A stretch of 64,000 nucleotides of DNA from an uncultured Clostridium sp. (GTDB lineage Bacteria > Bacillota > Clostridia > TANB77 > CAG-508): NCBI GenBank assembly GCA_964369695.1, contig CAYJGL010000002.1, positions 35 through 64,034 on the forward strand, given 5' to 3'. This document shows positions 31,601 through 42,820 of the stretch, one piece after another. The first letter of the stretch is position 1. Each line of letters opens with the position of its first letter. The translations under genes and the position numbers were made by a program. The notes under the pieces are model-generated. The model did not search any database and was not told where the DNA came from. It saw nothing but the letters and a program-made list of their open reading frames with translations.

Positions 31601-34600
31601 TCCTTCTATATTTATATCGTATAAATTTATATTCATTACCTCTTCTGGTATCCAAGAAGCATGACCTACCAGTCCACCTACCCCTGTATTACCTTTTATT
31701 ACAATATTTTTAATATCAATTGTTTTATTTATATCATCTGCTTTTAATGATACGCTTGATGCTGAACCTATGATTCCTCCTACATAGTTATTTCCTGTTA
31801 TATTTATATTATTTATTTCCATCTTTGAATTATCAATATTTGTTTTAAATATACAATCAACACGTTCAGAAAAGGCAAATAGTCCTCCAGTATAATCATT
31901 TCCTTTTATCGTTATATTATTAAGTGTTATATAATGAGCATCTTTTTGTGTAGTATTTTCATTAATAGCAATGGGTGCTACATAATCTATATTCGGAGCT
32001 TCAATATTTATATCTAGAAAATTTATATTCTTAATATTTCCTGTCATATATACTATTACCCCTGTATTTTCTCCATCTGTTGCACTATTGTTTATTATAA
32101 TATCCTCAAAACTAATTCCCTCAAGTTCTTTAGTAATCATTTTAATTAGACCTATATCTGACCCAGAAGCTAGTATGTTTACATTAGAAATGATCTTTAT
32201 TTCATTCACATCATTTGATTTAATTCTTCCTATCGTTACATTTTTAACTATATCATCTGATGATAAATCTTTAAAATCTAAATCAGCTGCTATATAGTAA
32301 TTTTGATATGTTCCAACATTATCTGGGTTACTAAACCATTGATTCCACCCTGTTATTCCATCACTAGAATCATAATCATTAACTCTATCTATAACTTTGT
32401 AGAATTTAGCATCTATTTTCAATTCTAAATTTTGAGTTCTAGTTTCATTTTCTTTTGTATATTCAATATTTGATACTCTATATGAATCATATGCTTTTGT
32501 TGTTGAATATTTAAGATTTATTTGTGTTTTATATATATCATCATATTCTACATCTAGAAAATGTTCTTTTAATTCTGGATTACTATTTATCTCACTGCTA
32601 CTTACTTTTACAGCTTCTTGAATTCTACTATCATCAGATAATTTCATATCATCTACAATTATATTTTGAATATCTATATCTTGTTTATGATATATGTTCA
32701 TATACATATTAACAGTAAATATTTCTCCTGTTGGTATATTATATGAAAAATCTTGTATAAATAAGTCTTCTAAATTATTCTCTATTTCATTGTCAATTTG
32801 ATATTTAACTAATTCTTCTTCATCTTTATTGTATACTTTAGGCAGTCTTGAAACATTGTCTATATTTTCAATTTTATATGCATTATTTCCATTTGTATTT
32901 AATATTTCATTATATATTTGTTCATTTGATATATCTGAATAAGATAATAGTTTACCTTGTGGGTTATTTAGATTCTTAGCACTAACACCATTTACTAATT
33001 GTTCTTCATATATATATATATCATTTACAGCTTCTATTGTTTGTTGGTTTCCTACTGCACTTCCTATATTATCTGTTACCATTGATGTATATACATTTCC
33101 AAATACTATATTATCGCGTATATGCATAGACTGATTTATTCCTATTAAACCACCTATATTTTCTGAATCTGATGTTATTTTAACATTTGAATACGAATTT
33201 TCTAATAAATCGATATTACCAGTTAAATTTCCTGCTATTCCACCTATTACTGATGTATTTGCATTTATTTCACCAATTACATAACAATTTTTTATACTTT
33301 GAAAATAAATTGGAGATGCAGAATCTGTACCAGATGTTTTACCTATTAAACCACCTATTCCTTCTGAATCAAATATATCTATTGCATTTATGTTAATATT
33401 ATGAACATAAGAATTTTCTATATCTGCTCTTGTTAAATCTGCAACCATCCCTCCAATAGTTATTGTTTGTGCAGAATTCACTTCTATTAAAACATTATTT
33501 ACAGAAGAATTTTTTATACCATTCCCATATGATACTTTCCCTACAAGAGCTGCTATTTCTATATCTCCTCTTGTATTATTACTATATATTTTTACATTTT
33601 TTATATGAACGTTTTCTATTAAACTTTGGTATGCAACTCGTATAAATGCATTGTAATCACTTGTGTTTCCATTATTAATTTCATATCCATCAATAATTAA
33701 ATTTCTTATTTCTCCACCATTCATATCATAAAATATATTTGATTGATTTAGTATATTTATATTTTTAATTACCTTATTATTTCCATCTAATTTCCCACTA
33801 TATGTTTTATTAATTACAATATCTATACTATTTTCATTATTAAAATCAATATCATTCATTAATATATAGTTTTCTGTTACTGCTGTATCATTTAAATCTA
33901 TATTTTTCCATTCTTCTTCAGTTGTTATAGGTTTATATAAGTCTATATTAATAACTTTTTGATCTTCATTATATTTCTTTATATCATTTACAAATCCATA
34001 TTCAATACTTTTTATATCATATTTTGATACATAGACACTTGGATTGAATAATCTAACTGTTAATTGTGTTAGTCCATCTGCTACCAGCTGATTTGTTTCT
34101 AGTATCTCTACTTTTCCAATGTTTTCTATTTCAATATTACCAATATACACATCACTTGGATTAGATATTGTTAATTTTATATCTGCTACAACTTTATCAT
34201 CAGGATACTGATTTATAATATCAGTATATTCAGATAAATCACCACCTATTGTAGTTGGTTTAGTATAATTATTTATTGTCTCTATTGTTGTAATTTCTGG
34301 TATTATTTTTTCTTCAACTATTGGTAATTTATTATACTCTTGTTTTGGCATACAATCTGGAAAGTCAAGATGTGGATAATATCCTGATGATATAAGTTCA
34401 TCTACAATAAATCCATTTGTACTATTTAATACCATATTTTGAAAGTTTATATCATTTAACTCTATAGGTGTTATTTTAGAATGAATTCCATTATCAAACC
34501 TATGTATATTAGAGTAAAAAATGTTTGCTATATTAGCATAATTATCAAGTATAACCGGTCCTGGATTATTTGTAATTGTGGGAACTCCTATTTTTCCGTC

Positions 34601-37600
34601 TATTATATATGAGTTTCCTAAATTAACACTATATATATTCTCAGCAGTTGAATAATGTGCATTTTCCCATACTAAACTATTACCCGATGTATTATTAATA
34701 TTGTTTGTAGTACTTTCTTCTATATCTATTAGTGTATATATATTTTTAATAATAGAATCAATTAGATTTTGTCTAATTATGAGATTAACTTCCAAAGTTT
34801 TTTCAGATTTTTGTATATTACTTCCATACATATATACATTTTCTATCTGTCCCCAGTTTTGCCTTGCTACTCCCGTAAAATTTTCATTTACTATAATCTT
34901 TGTTTCAATATTTATTGCTATATTCTTTATAGTTCCATAATTATAATTTGTAAGAATTCTATAACTTTCTATATTAATCATTTCATTTGGATTGCTTGAA
35001 CTAAGATTTATTTGTACATTTTCTATTATTCCATAATTTATTGATACAAAACTTGTGTAGACTTCTTGTTCTCTTCTATTATCAATTTCTATTTCAAAAA
35101 TAAGATTTTTCAAAACAGATTGTTTTGTTGTGTCTATAAATATATATTGTGTACTTTCATAGGTATTTTTTATAAGTTTTTTTCCATTAAAATCAATTAC
35201 ACCATCGAAAGGAATTCTTGTAGTATTACTATATCCAAAAGTAGATCTTCCTTCTAAATCTATATCATTTATAAATAAATAATTTCCTTTAGGTTGTATT
35301 TCTTTGTATTTCTCTAAATTAGATATACTTTTAATTTCAACTTCATTATCAGTATTAAATTCTATTTTATCTAAAGAATATTTTTGTGTATTTCCATCGT
35401 AATATGATATATTAACCCCTATTTCTACAATATAATCTGTATCTTTTATACAATTATATTGCTTTTCTTTGATTAGATTATATATTGATGAATTAGGTTT
35501 ATTTATAAATTCATCCGCTATATATACTGTTTCAGTTTCGTTAGTATCTTTATTTGTATAATTTAAATAAAATTCAATTTTAGGTTTATCTTGAGTTATT
35601 TCAGATATTGAATACATTTCATTATCATATTCTACTTCAAGTCCGTGTGTTAATTGATAGTTATATTTAAAAGGTTCATAATCTGTTGCTGTACTTCCTA
35701 ATTCAATTTGAAAATCTTTTAAATTTAACCAAGTCTCCATTAAATCGCTTGATTTCCCAGATACATATATACCTAATAGCCCTGTATCAGTTATTTGAGT
35801 CGTATATTCAAATCTTTTTGCATTATCTTCTGTAAAATATGTTTTATAGTCCGAATTATTTAGCAAATTAGTTTTACCAGATGTAGATAATCTATCAGTT
35901 ATATATACACTGTTTAAACTTGATGTATAACCTTTTACAGATGGTATAAACGAGATAGTTATATCTTGACCTATATATTGTTCCCAATCTTCACCTAATG
36001 ATTTTGATATATCATATAAATAGTATTGTTGAGAGTTTGATGTATAATCTCCTACTAATACAGATAATGTATTAGTATTTTTAATATATTCTTTTCCAAA
36101 TACATATCTATCTGTATAAGATGGCGCGCCGTAAAATACAGATCTCCAATTTATATCTGACTCTACGTTAGCCAAATTTTTACTATTATTATTTACTTTT
36201 TCTAACCCATGAAATTCTATATTCGCATTAATTGAATCAATTGTTTTAAATGTCTTTTTTTCTCCTAATTGCTCTTCTAATAATTCTTTATTTTCTTCAT
36301 ATCCAATTTGTTTATTAGTCAAATTATATGTCGGTGCTATTACATTTAATATATATATTTTATTATATTCTAAGTTTGAAAATTCTACTTGTACAAAATC
36401 TTGAGTATTTGTGTCTATTTGTATTATTTTCACTATCTCTCCTGTTTGTTCATTTACTAACTCTAAATTAACTTTTGAAGTTTGATTTATATTTCCATTT
36501 TCAATATCTTCTTTGTTTTGTATTGCATTATCTATATCTTCAAGTTTTATATCAAAAAATATTTTATCTTTAGTTACAAATTCATTTTTTATCAACACTA
36601 TAGGCTTTTCTTTTTGTGTTATAATTTGATTTTGTTCATTTGTCTCATCTAACTTAAATTCAACATACAATTCTTCTGTTATATTTCCTGTAATCACAGT
36701 TGCAACTACTTCAACATTATATATTGTGTTAGATGTTAAATTATCTACTGTTTTTTCTACATAATCAATTGTATTATTTTTTAAATTTTCTAATTCTTCA
36801 TCAGATAATCTATTTGATATTATTTCACCCGTAGTTATGTCTGTTAGTTTTATATCAATATATGAAATTAATTGTATAAGCTGTTCATTTGTTCTATCCG
36901 AATCAATTTTCATATCAAATTTAACAGAGTCAGATGAATTTTCTTTTTCATTAACATCCATATATATTTTTCCTAATGAAGATATATCTACAACTGTAAA
37001 TATGTTTTTATATAGCAAATTGTTTGTTTTTAGTCCTTTACCATCTTCAGTATCAAAATCGGCATATACTTGAATTGTATATATCTCACTTGCACTAAGA
37101 TCTTTAACTATTCTTTCTTCTTTTTTATCTTTCAAATTTTCTTTATATACTATTTCTCCATTTTGTTTTAAAATTTGAAAATAATAATTTTGTAATTCGA
37201 CATCATCTTGATTATCTTGTATAAATTCTAATTCTACAGCTGCTGGTGTTTCTGTTATTATTGTTACATCCACATTTGGTTCTGTTTTTGATGTTCTAGT
37301 TGCTCCTTTATTATTTTCTACTATTAATTGATTGAAAAATTTATCATATATTTTTATTTCATAATTAATTTCACTATCACTTTTTACTGTTTCTTCTGTC
37401 TGATAATTTATACTTTCTCCATTTAATAATTTATTTATATCTGATTTAGATATATTATATATTAATCCATTAACAGTTATTTCTATTTTGGCTATACCAT
37501 TTAATACTTCATCTGATAATTCGTTTTGAATTTTAAGATTTTTAAGTTCAATTTTATTTGAATATATATCTCCATTTTCATAAGTCATTTTTATGGTCTC

Positions 37601-38875
37601 TAATGCTGATAAGTCTTTTGTTTTTATTGTTCCATTATAGAATGTTTCTTTTTGTTTTATATTATTTTCATTTAAATATTCAAATTCCCCTATTATGCTA
37701 TATTCTGTATCAGGTTCTAATCCTGTAATTTTCAATTCGCCTGAACTATATACTCCAACTCTCAAATATGTTCTTTCTTCTTTTTTTAATGTATATGTAA
37801 TATTTGTTATTCTTGTAGTAGGATCTTTAATATCAACATTTCCTGTTGCTGTATATACATTTCCTACAAAATCAGTAGAGCTAATTTCTGGTTTAATATA
37901 TTCTTTTTCTTTATTATCTATGTCATTATTTTCATTTTCCCCTTGATTATTTGGTGTTATATTTGTTTGATTTGTAGTTTGACTTTCTGTTTCATTTACA
38001 ATGTTAGCTTCTTCATTGCTTTCAGTATCGTTCTCTTCTTCAACTTTTACTATATTCATTTTTATTAAAAATTCATAATATGACATTGTTTCTCCATTGA
38101 TTTCTATTTCTGAATAAAAATCAATATCATCTATTTTCTTATATTCTAATTTATGTTCATTAGGCTCATAATATATTATATAATCTTTTTTAAAATTAAT
38201 AATTGAATTTAATGGAATAGTATATTGGTTTAATACTGTTTTTACTTTTATTTCAGTTACATTTATGTACATATTATCTTTGTTTTTTAAAAATATATAT
38301 TCATTATTATCAGCTCTTGTTAAATCATGTCTATTGTACATCTTTTTCTCTGATAATATAAAATTTGAATATCCTTGAATTTCTTCATAATTAGATGTAA
38401 TTAATTTCATTTCTTCTGAAAGATTATATACTGCAATATTATCATTTTGATACATTGGATAATCTGAATTGATTTGAGTATTACTATCTGAATTTACAAA
38501 AAAACTATTTAACCTTTCAAATATAGTTGAATTTTCATCAATTTGCATTAACTCTACTGATTTTATTGCTCTTTCTTCATCTGTTATTGTTAAATTATCT
38601 GAAAAGTTCATGTCTGTTATAGCATAGCTTGTATTATCTACTATTGTATATGGATTTAATTTTATAAATATATTATAAATTATAATACTTATTAGTATAA
38701 CAAAAATTAAACCTATTAAAAGAAATAATGGTTTATTTTTTGATTTATTTTTTTTGTTAACATTATTTCTTTGAATAATATTTTTAGATTTTTTCATAGT
38801 TCTATCACTTTTAATTTTATTACTATTTATTTTTCTATTACTTTTTCTGTTATTGTCTTTGTTTTGGTTTTCCAT
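28685..38875 (-). CDS. giant (3396 aa) surface protein anchored at both ends: FN3/Ig-like arrays plus three GLUG-motif beta-helix modules
   Basis: - N-terminus: a ~50 aa Lys/Asn/Arg-rich tail, then TM LFLLIGLIFVILISIIIYNIFI.
- Repeated FN3-like units (for example GLEPDTEYSIIGEFEY).
- Three modules open with Y.(L/I)..DID(L/F) caps: YLFINDIDLEG ~35221..35280, YILMNDIDFNN ~33841..33880, YYIAADLDFKD ~32281..32310.
- Many GG(L/I)(I/V/A)G GLUG repeats follow, over ~30790..35300.
- C-terminus: TM IYIYIIIGVIILSLFIL plus a basic tail. No LPXTG. Confidence 0.85.
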   Translation of the reverse strand: MENQNKDNNRKSNRKINSNKIKSDRTMKKSKNIIQRNNVNKKNKSKNKPLFLLIGLIFVILISIIIYNIFIKLNPYTIVDNTSYAITDMNFSDNLTITDEERAIKSVELMQIDENSTIFERLNSFFVNSDSNTQINSDYPMYQNDNIAVYNLSEEMKLITSNYEEIQGYSNFILSEKKMYNRHDLTRADNNEYIFLKNKDNMYINVTEIKVKTVLNQYTIPLNSIINFKKDYIIYYEPNEHKLEYKKIDDIDFYSEIEINGETMSYYEFLIKMNIVKVEEENDTESNEEANIVNETESQTTNQTNITPNNQGENENNDIDNKEKEYIKPEISSTDFVGNVYTATGNVDIKDPTTRITNITYTLKKEERTYLRVGVYSSGELKITGLEPDTEYSIIGEFEYLNENNIKQKETFYNGTIKTKDLSALETIKMTYENGDIYSNKIELKNLKIQNELSDEVLNGIAKIEITVNGLIYNISKSDINKLLNGESINYQTEETVKSDSEINYEIKIYDKFFNQLIVENNKGATRTSKTEPNVDVTIITETPAAVELEFIQDNQDDVELQNYYFQILKQNGEIVYKENLKDKKEERIVKDLSASEIYTIQVYADFDTEDGKGLKTNNLLYKNIFTVVDISSLGKIYMDVNEKENSSDSVKFDMKIDSDRTNEQLIQLISYIDIKLTDITTGEIISNRLSDEELENLKNNTIDYVEKTVDNLTSNTIYNVEVVATVITGNITEELYVEFKLDETNEQNQIITQKEKPIVLIKNEFVTKDKIFFDIKLEDIDNAIQNKEDIENGNINQTSKVNLELVNEQTGEIVKIIQIDTNTQDFVQVEFSNLEYNKIYILNVIAPTYNLTNKQIGYEENKELLEEQLGEKKTFKTIDSINANIEFHGLEKVNNNSKNLANVESDINWRSVFYGAPSYTDRYVFGKEYIKNTNTLSVLVGDYTSNSQQYYLYDISKSLGEDWEQYIGQDITISFIPSVKGYTSSLNSVYITDRLSTSGKTNLLNNSDYKTYFTEDNAKRFEYTTQITDTGLLGIYVSGKSSDLMETWLNLKDFQIELGSTATDYEPFKYNYQLTHGLEVEYDNEMYSISEITQDKPKIEFYLNYTNKDTNETETVYIADEFINKPNSSIYNLIKEKQYNCIKDTDYIVEIGVNISYYDGNTQKYSLDKIEFNTDNEVEIKSISNLEKYKEIQPKGNYLFINDIDLEGRSTFGYSNTTRIPFDGVIDFNGKKLIKNTYESTQYIFIDTTKQSVLKNLIFEIEIDNRREQEVYTSFVSINYGIIENVQINLSSSNPNEMINIESYRILTNYNYGTIKNIAINIETKIIVNENFTGVARQNWGQIENVYMYGSNIQKSEKTLEVNLIIRQNLIDSIIKNIYTLIDIEESTTNNINNTSGNSLVWENAHYSTAENIYSVNLGNSYIIDGKIGVPTITNNPGPVILDNYANIANIFYSNIHRFDNGIHSKITPIELNDINFQNMVLNSTNGFIVDELISSGYYPHLDFPDCMPKQEYNKLPIVEEKIIPEITTIETINNYTKPTTIGGDLSEYTDIINQYPDDKVVADIKLTISNPSDVYIGNIEIENIGKVEILETNQLVADGLTQLTVRLFNPSVYVSKYDIKSIEYGFVNDIKKYNEDQKVINIDLYKPITTEEEWKNIDLNDTAVTENYILMNDIDFNNENSIDIVINKTYSGKLDGNNKVIKNINILNQSNIFYDMNGGEIRNLIIDGYEINNGNTSDYNAFIRVAYQSLIENVHIKNVKIYSNNTRGDIEIAALVGKVSYGNGIKNSSVNNVLIEVNSAQTITIGGMVADLTRADIENSYVHNININAIDIFDSEGIGGLIGKTSGTDSASPIYFQSIKNCYVIGEINANTSVIGGIAGNLTGNIDLLENSYSNVKITSDSENIGGLIGINQSMHIRDNIVFGNVYTSMVTDNIGSAVGNQQTIEAVNDIYIYEEQLVNGVSAKNLNNPQGKLLSYSDISNEQIYNEILNTNGNNAYKIENIDNVSRLPKVYNKDEEELVKYQIDNEIENNLEDLFIQDFSYNIPTGEIFTVNMYMNIYHKQDIDIQNIIVDDMKLSDDSRIQEAVKVSSSEINSNPELKEHFLDVEYDDIYKTQINLKYSTTKAYDSYRVSNIEYTKENETRTQNLELKIDAKFYKVIDRVNDYDSSDGITGWNQWFSNPDNVGTYQNYYIAADLDFKDLSSDDIVKNVTIGRIKSNDVNEIKIISNVNILASGSDIGLIKMITKELEGISFEDIIINNSATDGENTGVIVYMTGNIKNINFLDINIEAPNIDYVAPIAINENTTQKDAHYITLNNITIKGNDYTGGLFAFSERVDCIFKTNIDNSKMEINNINITGNNYVGGIIGSASSVSLKADDINKTIDIKNIVIKGNTGVGGLVGHASWIPEEVMNINLYDINIEGSVAVGGIYGQMANTSTRLNNINIDIMDLEKNIIKGELFNIGGIIGYTPDVDINGDIDQYKYYLQNISVKNTEITGTNQVSAISAGRGFFEISNSNVENCIVKGRNNVAGILAYGHGKIDSCNVKNTTIEGSQGIGGIFGYGLAEIEGCGVTNTSIKGQARVGGIVGYFKYYNNDMKATIYNTFFESSNRTDIIGVVRVGGIAGEIEASTIISGVYTNANIEGSGDEIGGIVGHMGSTDSYTVMDNVYIGGAKIEGIDNVGGIIGRTISNTLSTPDKYINIYVDVDITAQNAAYAAVRVGNEKINILNNSNNIHVNKYSTINGKYVYQTDENRLLEDNYLLYDDLIKGSTYSNDIKLSNTKFEYSTTNTSMSKYPILKASVNSFPQLGIPIPEDPFVDETGFPEITILPISDNQVEVTFSSTVNGMTFDYINGNNELLNNSLNTSKYIFDFDRNTYILIRMKDISGNIIEKRFEPDEISPEIYLYSSGIDEINIDFSTIGNGFTFSYEYDNGNTKVENVGIISKTYTLKYDYISDITVKITNSAGKIINEKVFTADSIRNRTEVIPIDQDTLPDNIEITDNYYYLKGTSLAKGYLQITEITDSEGYVKYEEKMIEEIIDDVNKYLNIFNGKALRDNGEIYNLNDGQITNLETSAILKSTVNSLEEYIYNGQIIKRYGTYSTVDGVDKEYIYIVQNNLLQVIGYANEMIINNILVGTKNEYVYQAVLNDNNMIQMYKNVVYFPTGYQNSNIVHINSFGDLTKAISMYSDGQVIVFDYADGKLIYDSNGVETNQSQAAETSLLSFITSQLNLASINIFGNSNEIDKEQEEKYQIATNIEEQLREIPIEVAMNNLEITDENGEKPEVNQEELMNREYVTVYNPETNDYEVFKESELLDSEIEEPESETSKIQKQAQLNEYYYSNARESIEQTGSIYIYIIIGVIILSLFILRRYYIKTTGSSSSKGKRQKIKDKK

Positions 38876-38904
38876 ATATTTTACTACCTTCCAAAATATT
38901 ATAT

Positions 38905-39699
38905 CTATTCATATATCTCTAAGCTATCTATTGTTTTTATTAATAACTGTTCTTTTGTTCCTGTTTTTAACGAATCTATTGACATATCTATTTCATAATT
39001 ACCTGTTTTAGCTATTACACTAGAGTCTTCGGTTATAATAACATTTCCTACATCTGATTTTTTATCATAAATTTCTACCATTTGCTTATATGACACATTA
39101 GCATACGACATAGGAGATACTACATATTCAATCTCATCAATTATTATAGTTGTTTCTTCTAAAAATACATATAGATCTTTTCCATTAAATAAAAAACTAT
39201 TTTCTATCTTTTTATCTTCTTTTCTACTATCTAAATATATACCATCTTCTTTTTCTTCTAAAACAGAAAATCTAGGTAATTTATTCATACTTCCGTTATT
39301 TAATGGCTGTACTAATGCCATATCATTGGAAAATAACATTTTAGGTTCATCTTTATAATATACTGGTGTAAAATCCAATTCAATATTTTCATTTTCTGTT
39401 TGTAATTCAGAAACCTCACCATTATATAGTATTTTCATAGCTCCTGTATATTCTACTTTTCCTTGTCCTATCCATTGATAAAAATCTTTTTCTTCTATAT
39501 TTTCTGTATTTAAATTAATTATAAAAAGAGCTACTATAACTAAAATTATTAGCAGTGTTAAAAAAATGACTATTTTCAATACATTATCTTTAAACCAATT
39601 TTCATTTTTTTTATTTTTCTTTTTTTTATTTTTTGAGTTTTTTATATCTTCTTTATAATTATCCGTAATCTTAGCTTTGGATTTATTATCATTATTCAT
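38905..39699 (-). CDS. bitopic membrane protein (basic tail-TM-extracytoplasmic domain), operon member
   Basis: 264 aa. Lys-rich N-tail (KNSKNKKKKNKKNE), one TM (IVIFLTLLIILVIVALFII), then a ~200 aa beta-rich domain. The gap to the next gene is 29 nt. Confidence 0.7.
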   Translation of the reverse strand: MNNDNKSKAKITDNYKEDIKNSKNKKKKNKKNENWFKDNVLKIVIFLTLLIILVIVALFIINLNTENIEEKDFYQWIGQGKVEYTGAMKILYNGEVSELQTENENIELDFTPVYYKDEPKMLFSNDMALVQPLNNGSMNKLPRFSVLEEKEDGIYLDSRKEDKKIENSFLFNGKDLYVFLEETTIIIDEIEYVVSPMSYANVSYKQMVEIYDKKSDVGNVIITEDSSVIAKTGNYEIDMSIDSLKTGTKEQLLIKTIDSLEIYE

Positions 39700-39743
39700 T
39701 TAAACTTAATCCTTTCATTTTGTTTTTAGATAGGTTTTATTTT

Positions 39744-40286
39744 TTATTTTTTGTTTTTTTGTTTATCTTCTAATTTCTTTTCCTGTATTTTTCTATCTGT
39801 TAATGTTTCTACAAAGTTTTTTAATAAGAAATATAGTACATATGTTATTAAAAATACTGTTAAAGCTATTTGAATTAAGAAAACATAATTTTCATCTGAT
39901 ACGTGTATTCTATATTCTTGTAATATATTAATAAAATATATCAAGAAAACTTGAGCTGTTATATTGAAAATTTCAAAAATACTTCTTTTTAAAATTATAA
40001 ATATTATGTCTGCAAATATAATCATAATTATAGTTGTAATTACATTTGTTTGATATATTATAACAGCATATACTATTAAAATTGTTCTTATTAGTATACT
40101 GCATAACATAGCTATTTGCTTACTTTTTAATGCTGAAATTAATCCAAAATATCTTGTTCCTTTTTTGTGTATATTTATTTTTTTTGTATTTAAATATATT
40201 AGTATACTACCTGCTAATATTATGATAAAAAAAACTAATGTCAACATTAAATAATTGGTTAAATTATACATTATATATTCAGACAT
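39744..40286 (-). CDS. small polytopic membrane protein (about 5 TMs) with intramembrane Arg and Asp
   Basis: 180 aa. Hydrophobic segments include CSILIRTILIVYAVIIY and IIMIIFADIIFIIL. Lys/Glu-rich C-tail. No family recognised. Confidence 0.65.
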   Translation of the reverse strand: MSEYIMYNLTNYLMLTLVFFIIILAGSILIYLNTKKINIHKKGTRYFGLISALKSKQIAMLCSILIRTILIVYAVIIYQTNVITTIIMIIFADIIFIILKRSIFEIFNITAQVFLIYFINILQEYRIHVSDENYVFLIQIALTVFLITYVLYFLLKNFVETLTDRKIQEKKLEDKQKNKK

Positions 40287-40346
40287 ATTTACTCCTTTTA
40301 TTTTCCATTTTAAATTTTATTTATTCTGCTTCACAATTTATCTATT

Positions 40347-40377
40347 AATTATCTATCAAAGTTTTTTTGATAGATAA

Positions 40378-40379
<2 letters not shown>
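40347..40379 (-). other. intra-operon stem-loop at the 3' end of the ATPase module
   Basis: Perfect 14-bp inverted repeat aattatctatcaaa / tttgatagataatt with a 5-nt loop. It overlaps the stop codon of the epsilon-like gene. No U-run follows on the minus strand. Confidence 0.45.
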
Positions 40380-42019
<1,640 letters not shown>

Positions 42020-42820
42020 TTATTCTTCCTTACTTTTTATTTTTACAAAATTTTCAACTACTTTTTTAAAGTTCATATTTTTAATTTTTTTTCTATTTTG
42101 TAAGTCTTTTTCTTCTTCGATTTCATCTATCTTTTTTAGTGAATCACTTGTAATTCTTTGTCTCATAATATTTTCAGATGCATAACTATTTTCAACAGCT
42201 ATCTTAATTTCATATGATATGTATAATGCAATTAAATTAACTAATATATTTTGTATATTTCCTTCAACAGTAAAATCTTCGTTATATTTAATTTTTGTCT
42301 TTTCTTTACTATCTTTATCAATCGGCAATACTTTTTTCTTAGTAAATTCAATATTACTTATATTGTGATAATGATTATATATAATGTTTATTTCACTATT
42401 TTTACCTTTTTGAATAATATCATATATACATTCTTCTATTTGAACATCGTTCTCTATGTATTCTTCTTTTGTCATTGACATTAATACATTATCTTTTTTT
42501 CCAATTATTTTTTTTCCAATTATTATTTTATCTGCATCTTTTTCTTTAATTGCTAAACTATTTACATTTGTATTAAATCCACCACAAAATCCTAAGTCAT
42601 TTCCTATATATATATTTAATGGTTTTGCTTTTTTATTTAGTTTAACTGTTTTTTGGTCTAATATTAGATTTTTATTATTCAATATATTATCCATAAAATC
42701 TGATATGCTTTTTTCATATTCGAAATATTTTTCTGCTGTTTTTTTCGAAGAGTCTACTCTTAATAATGCATGAAAATTCATAACTTTAATTACATTTTTA
42801 ATTTTCATTAATACCCTCAC
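42020..42820 (-). CDS. atpG: F1 ATPase gamma-like subunit
   Basis: 266 aa between the alpha and beta genes. The N-terminal IKNVIKVMNFHALLRVDSSKKTAEKY resembles the gamma N-helix (I.S..NT.KIT.AM..VA..K..+A), and the C-terminus is helical. It overlaps the alpha stop. Sequence similarity is weak. Confidence 0.55.
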   Translation of the reverse strand: MRVLMKIKNVIKVMNFHALLRVDSSKKTAEKYFEYEKSISDFMDNILNNKNLILDQKTVKLNKKAKPLNIYIGNDLGFCGGFNTNVNSLAIKEKDADKIIIGKKIIGKKDNVLMSMTKEEYIENDVQIEECIYDIIQKGKNSEINIIYNHYHNISNIEFTKKKVLPIDKDSKEKTKIKYNEDFTVEGNIQNILVNLIALYISYEIKIAVENSYASENIMRQRITSDSLKKIDEIEEEKDLQNRKKIKNMNFKKVVENFVKIKSKEE

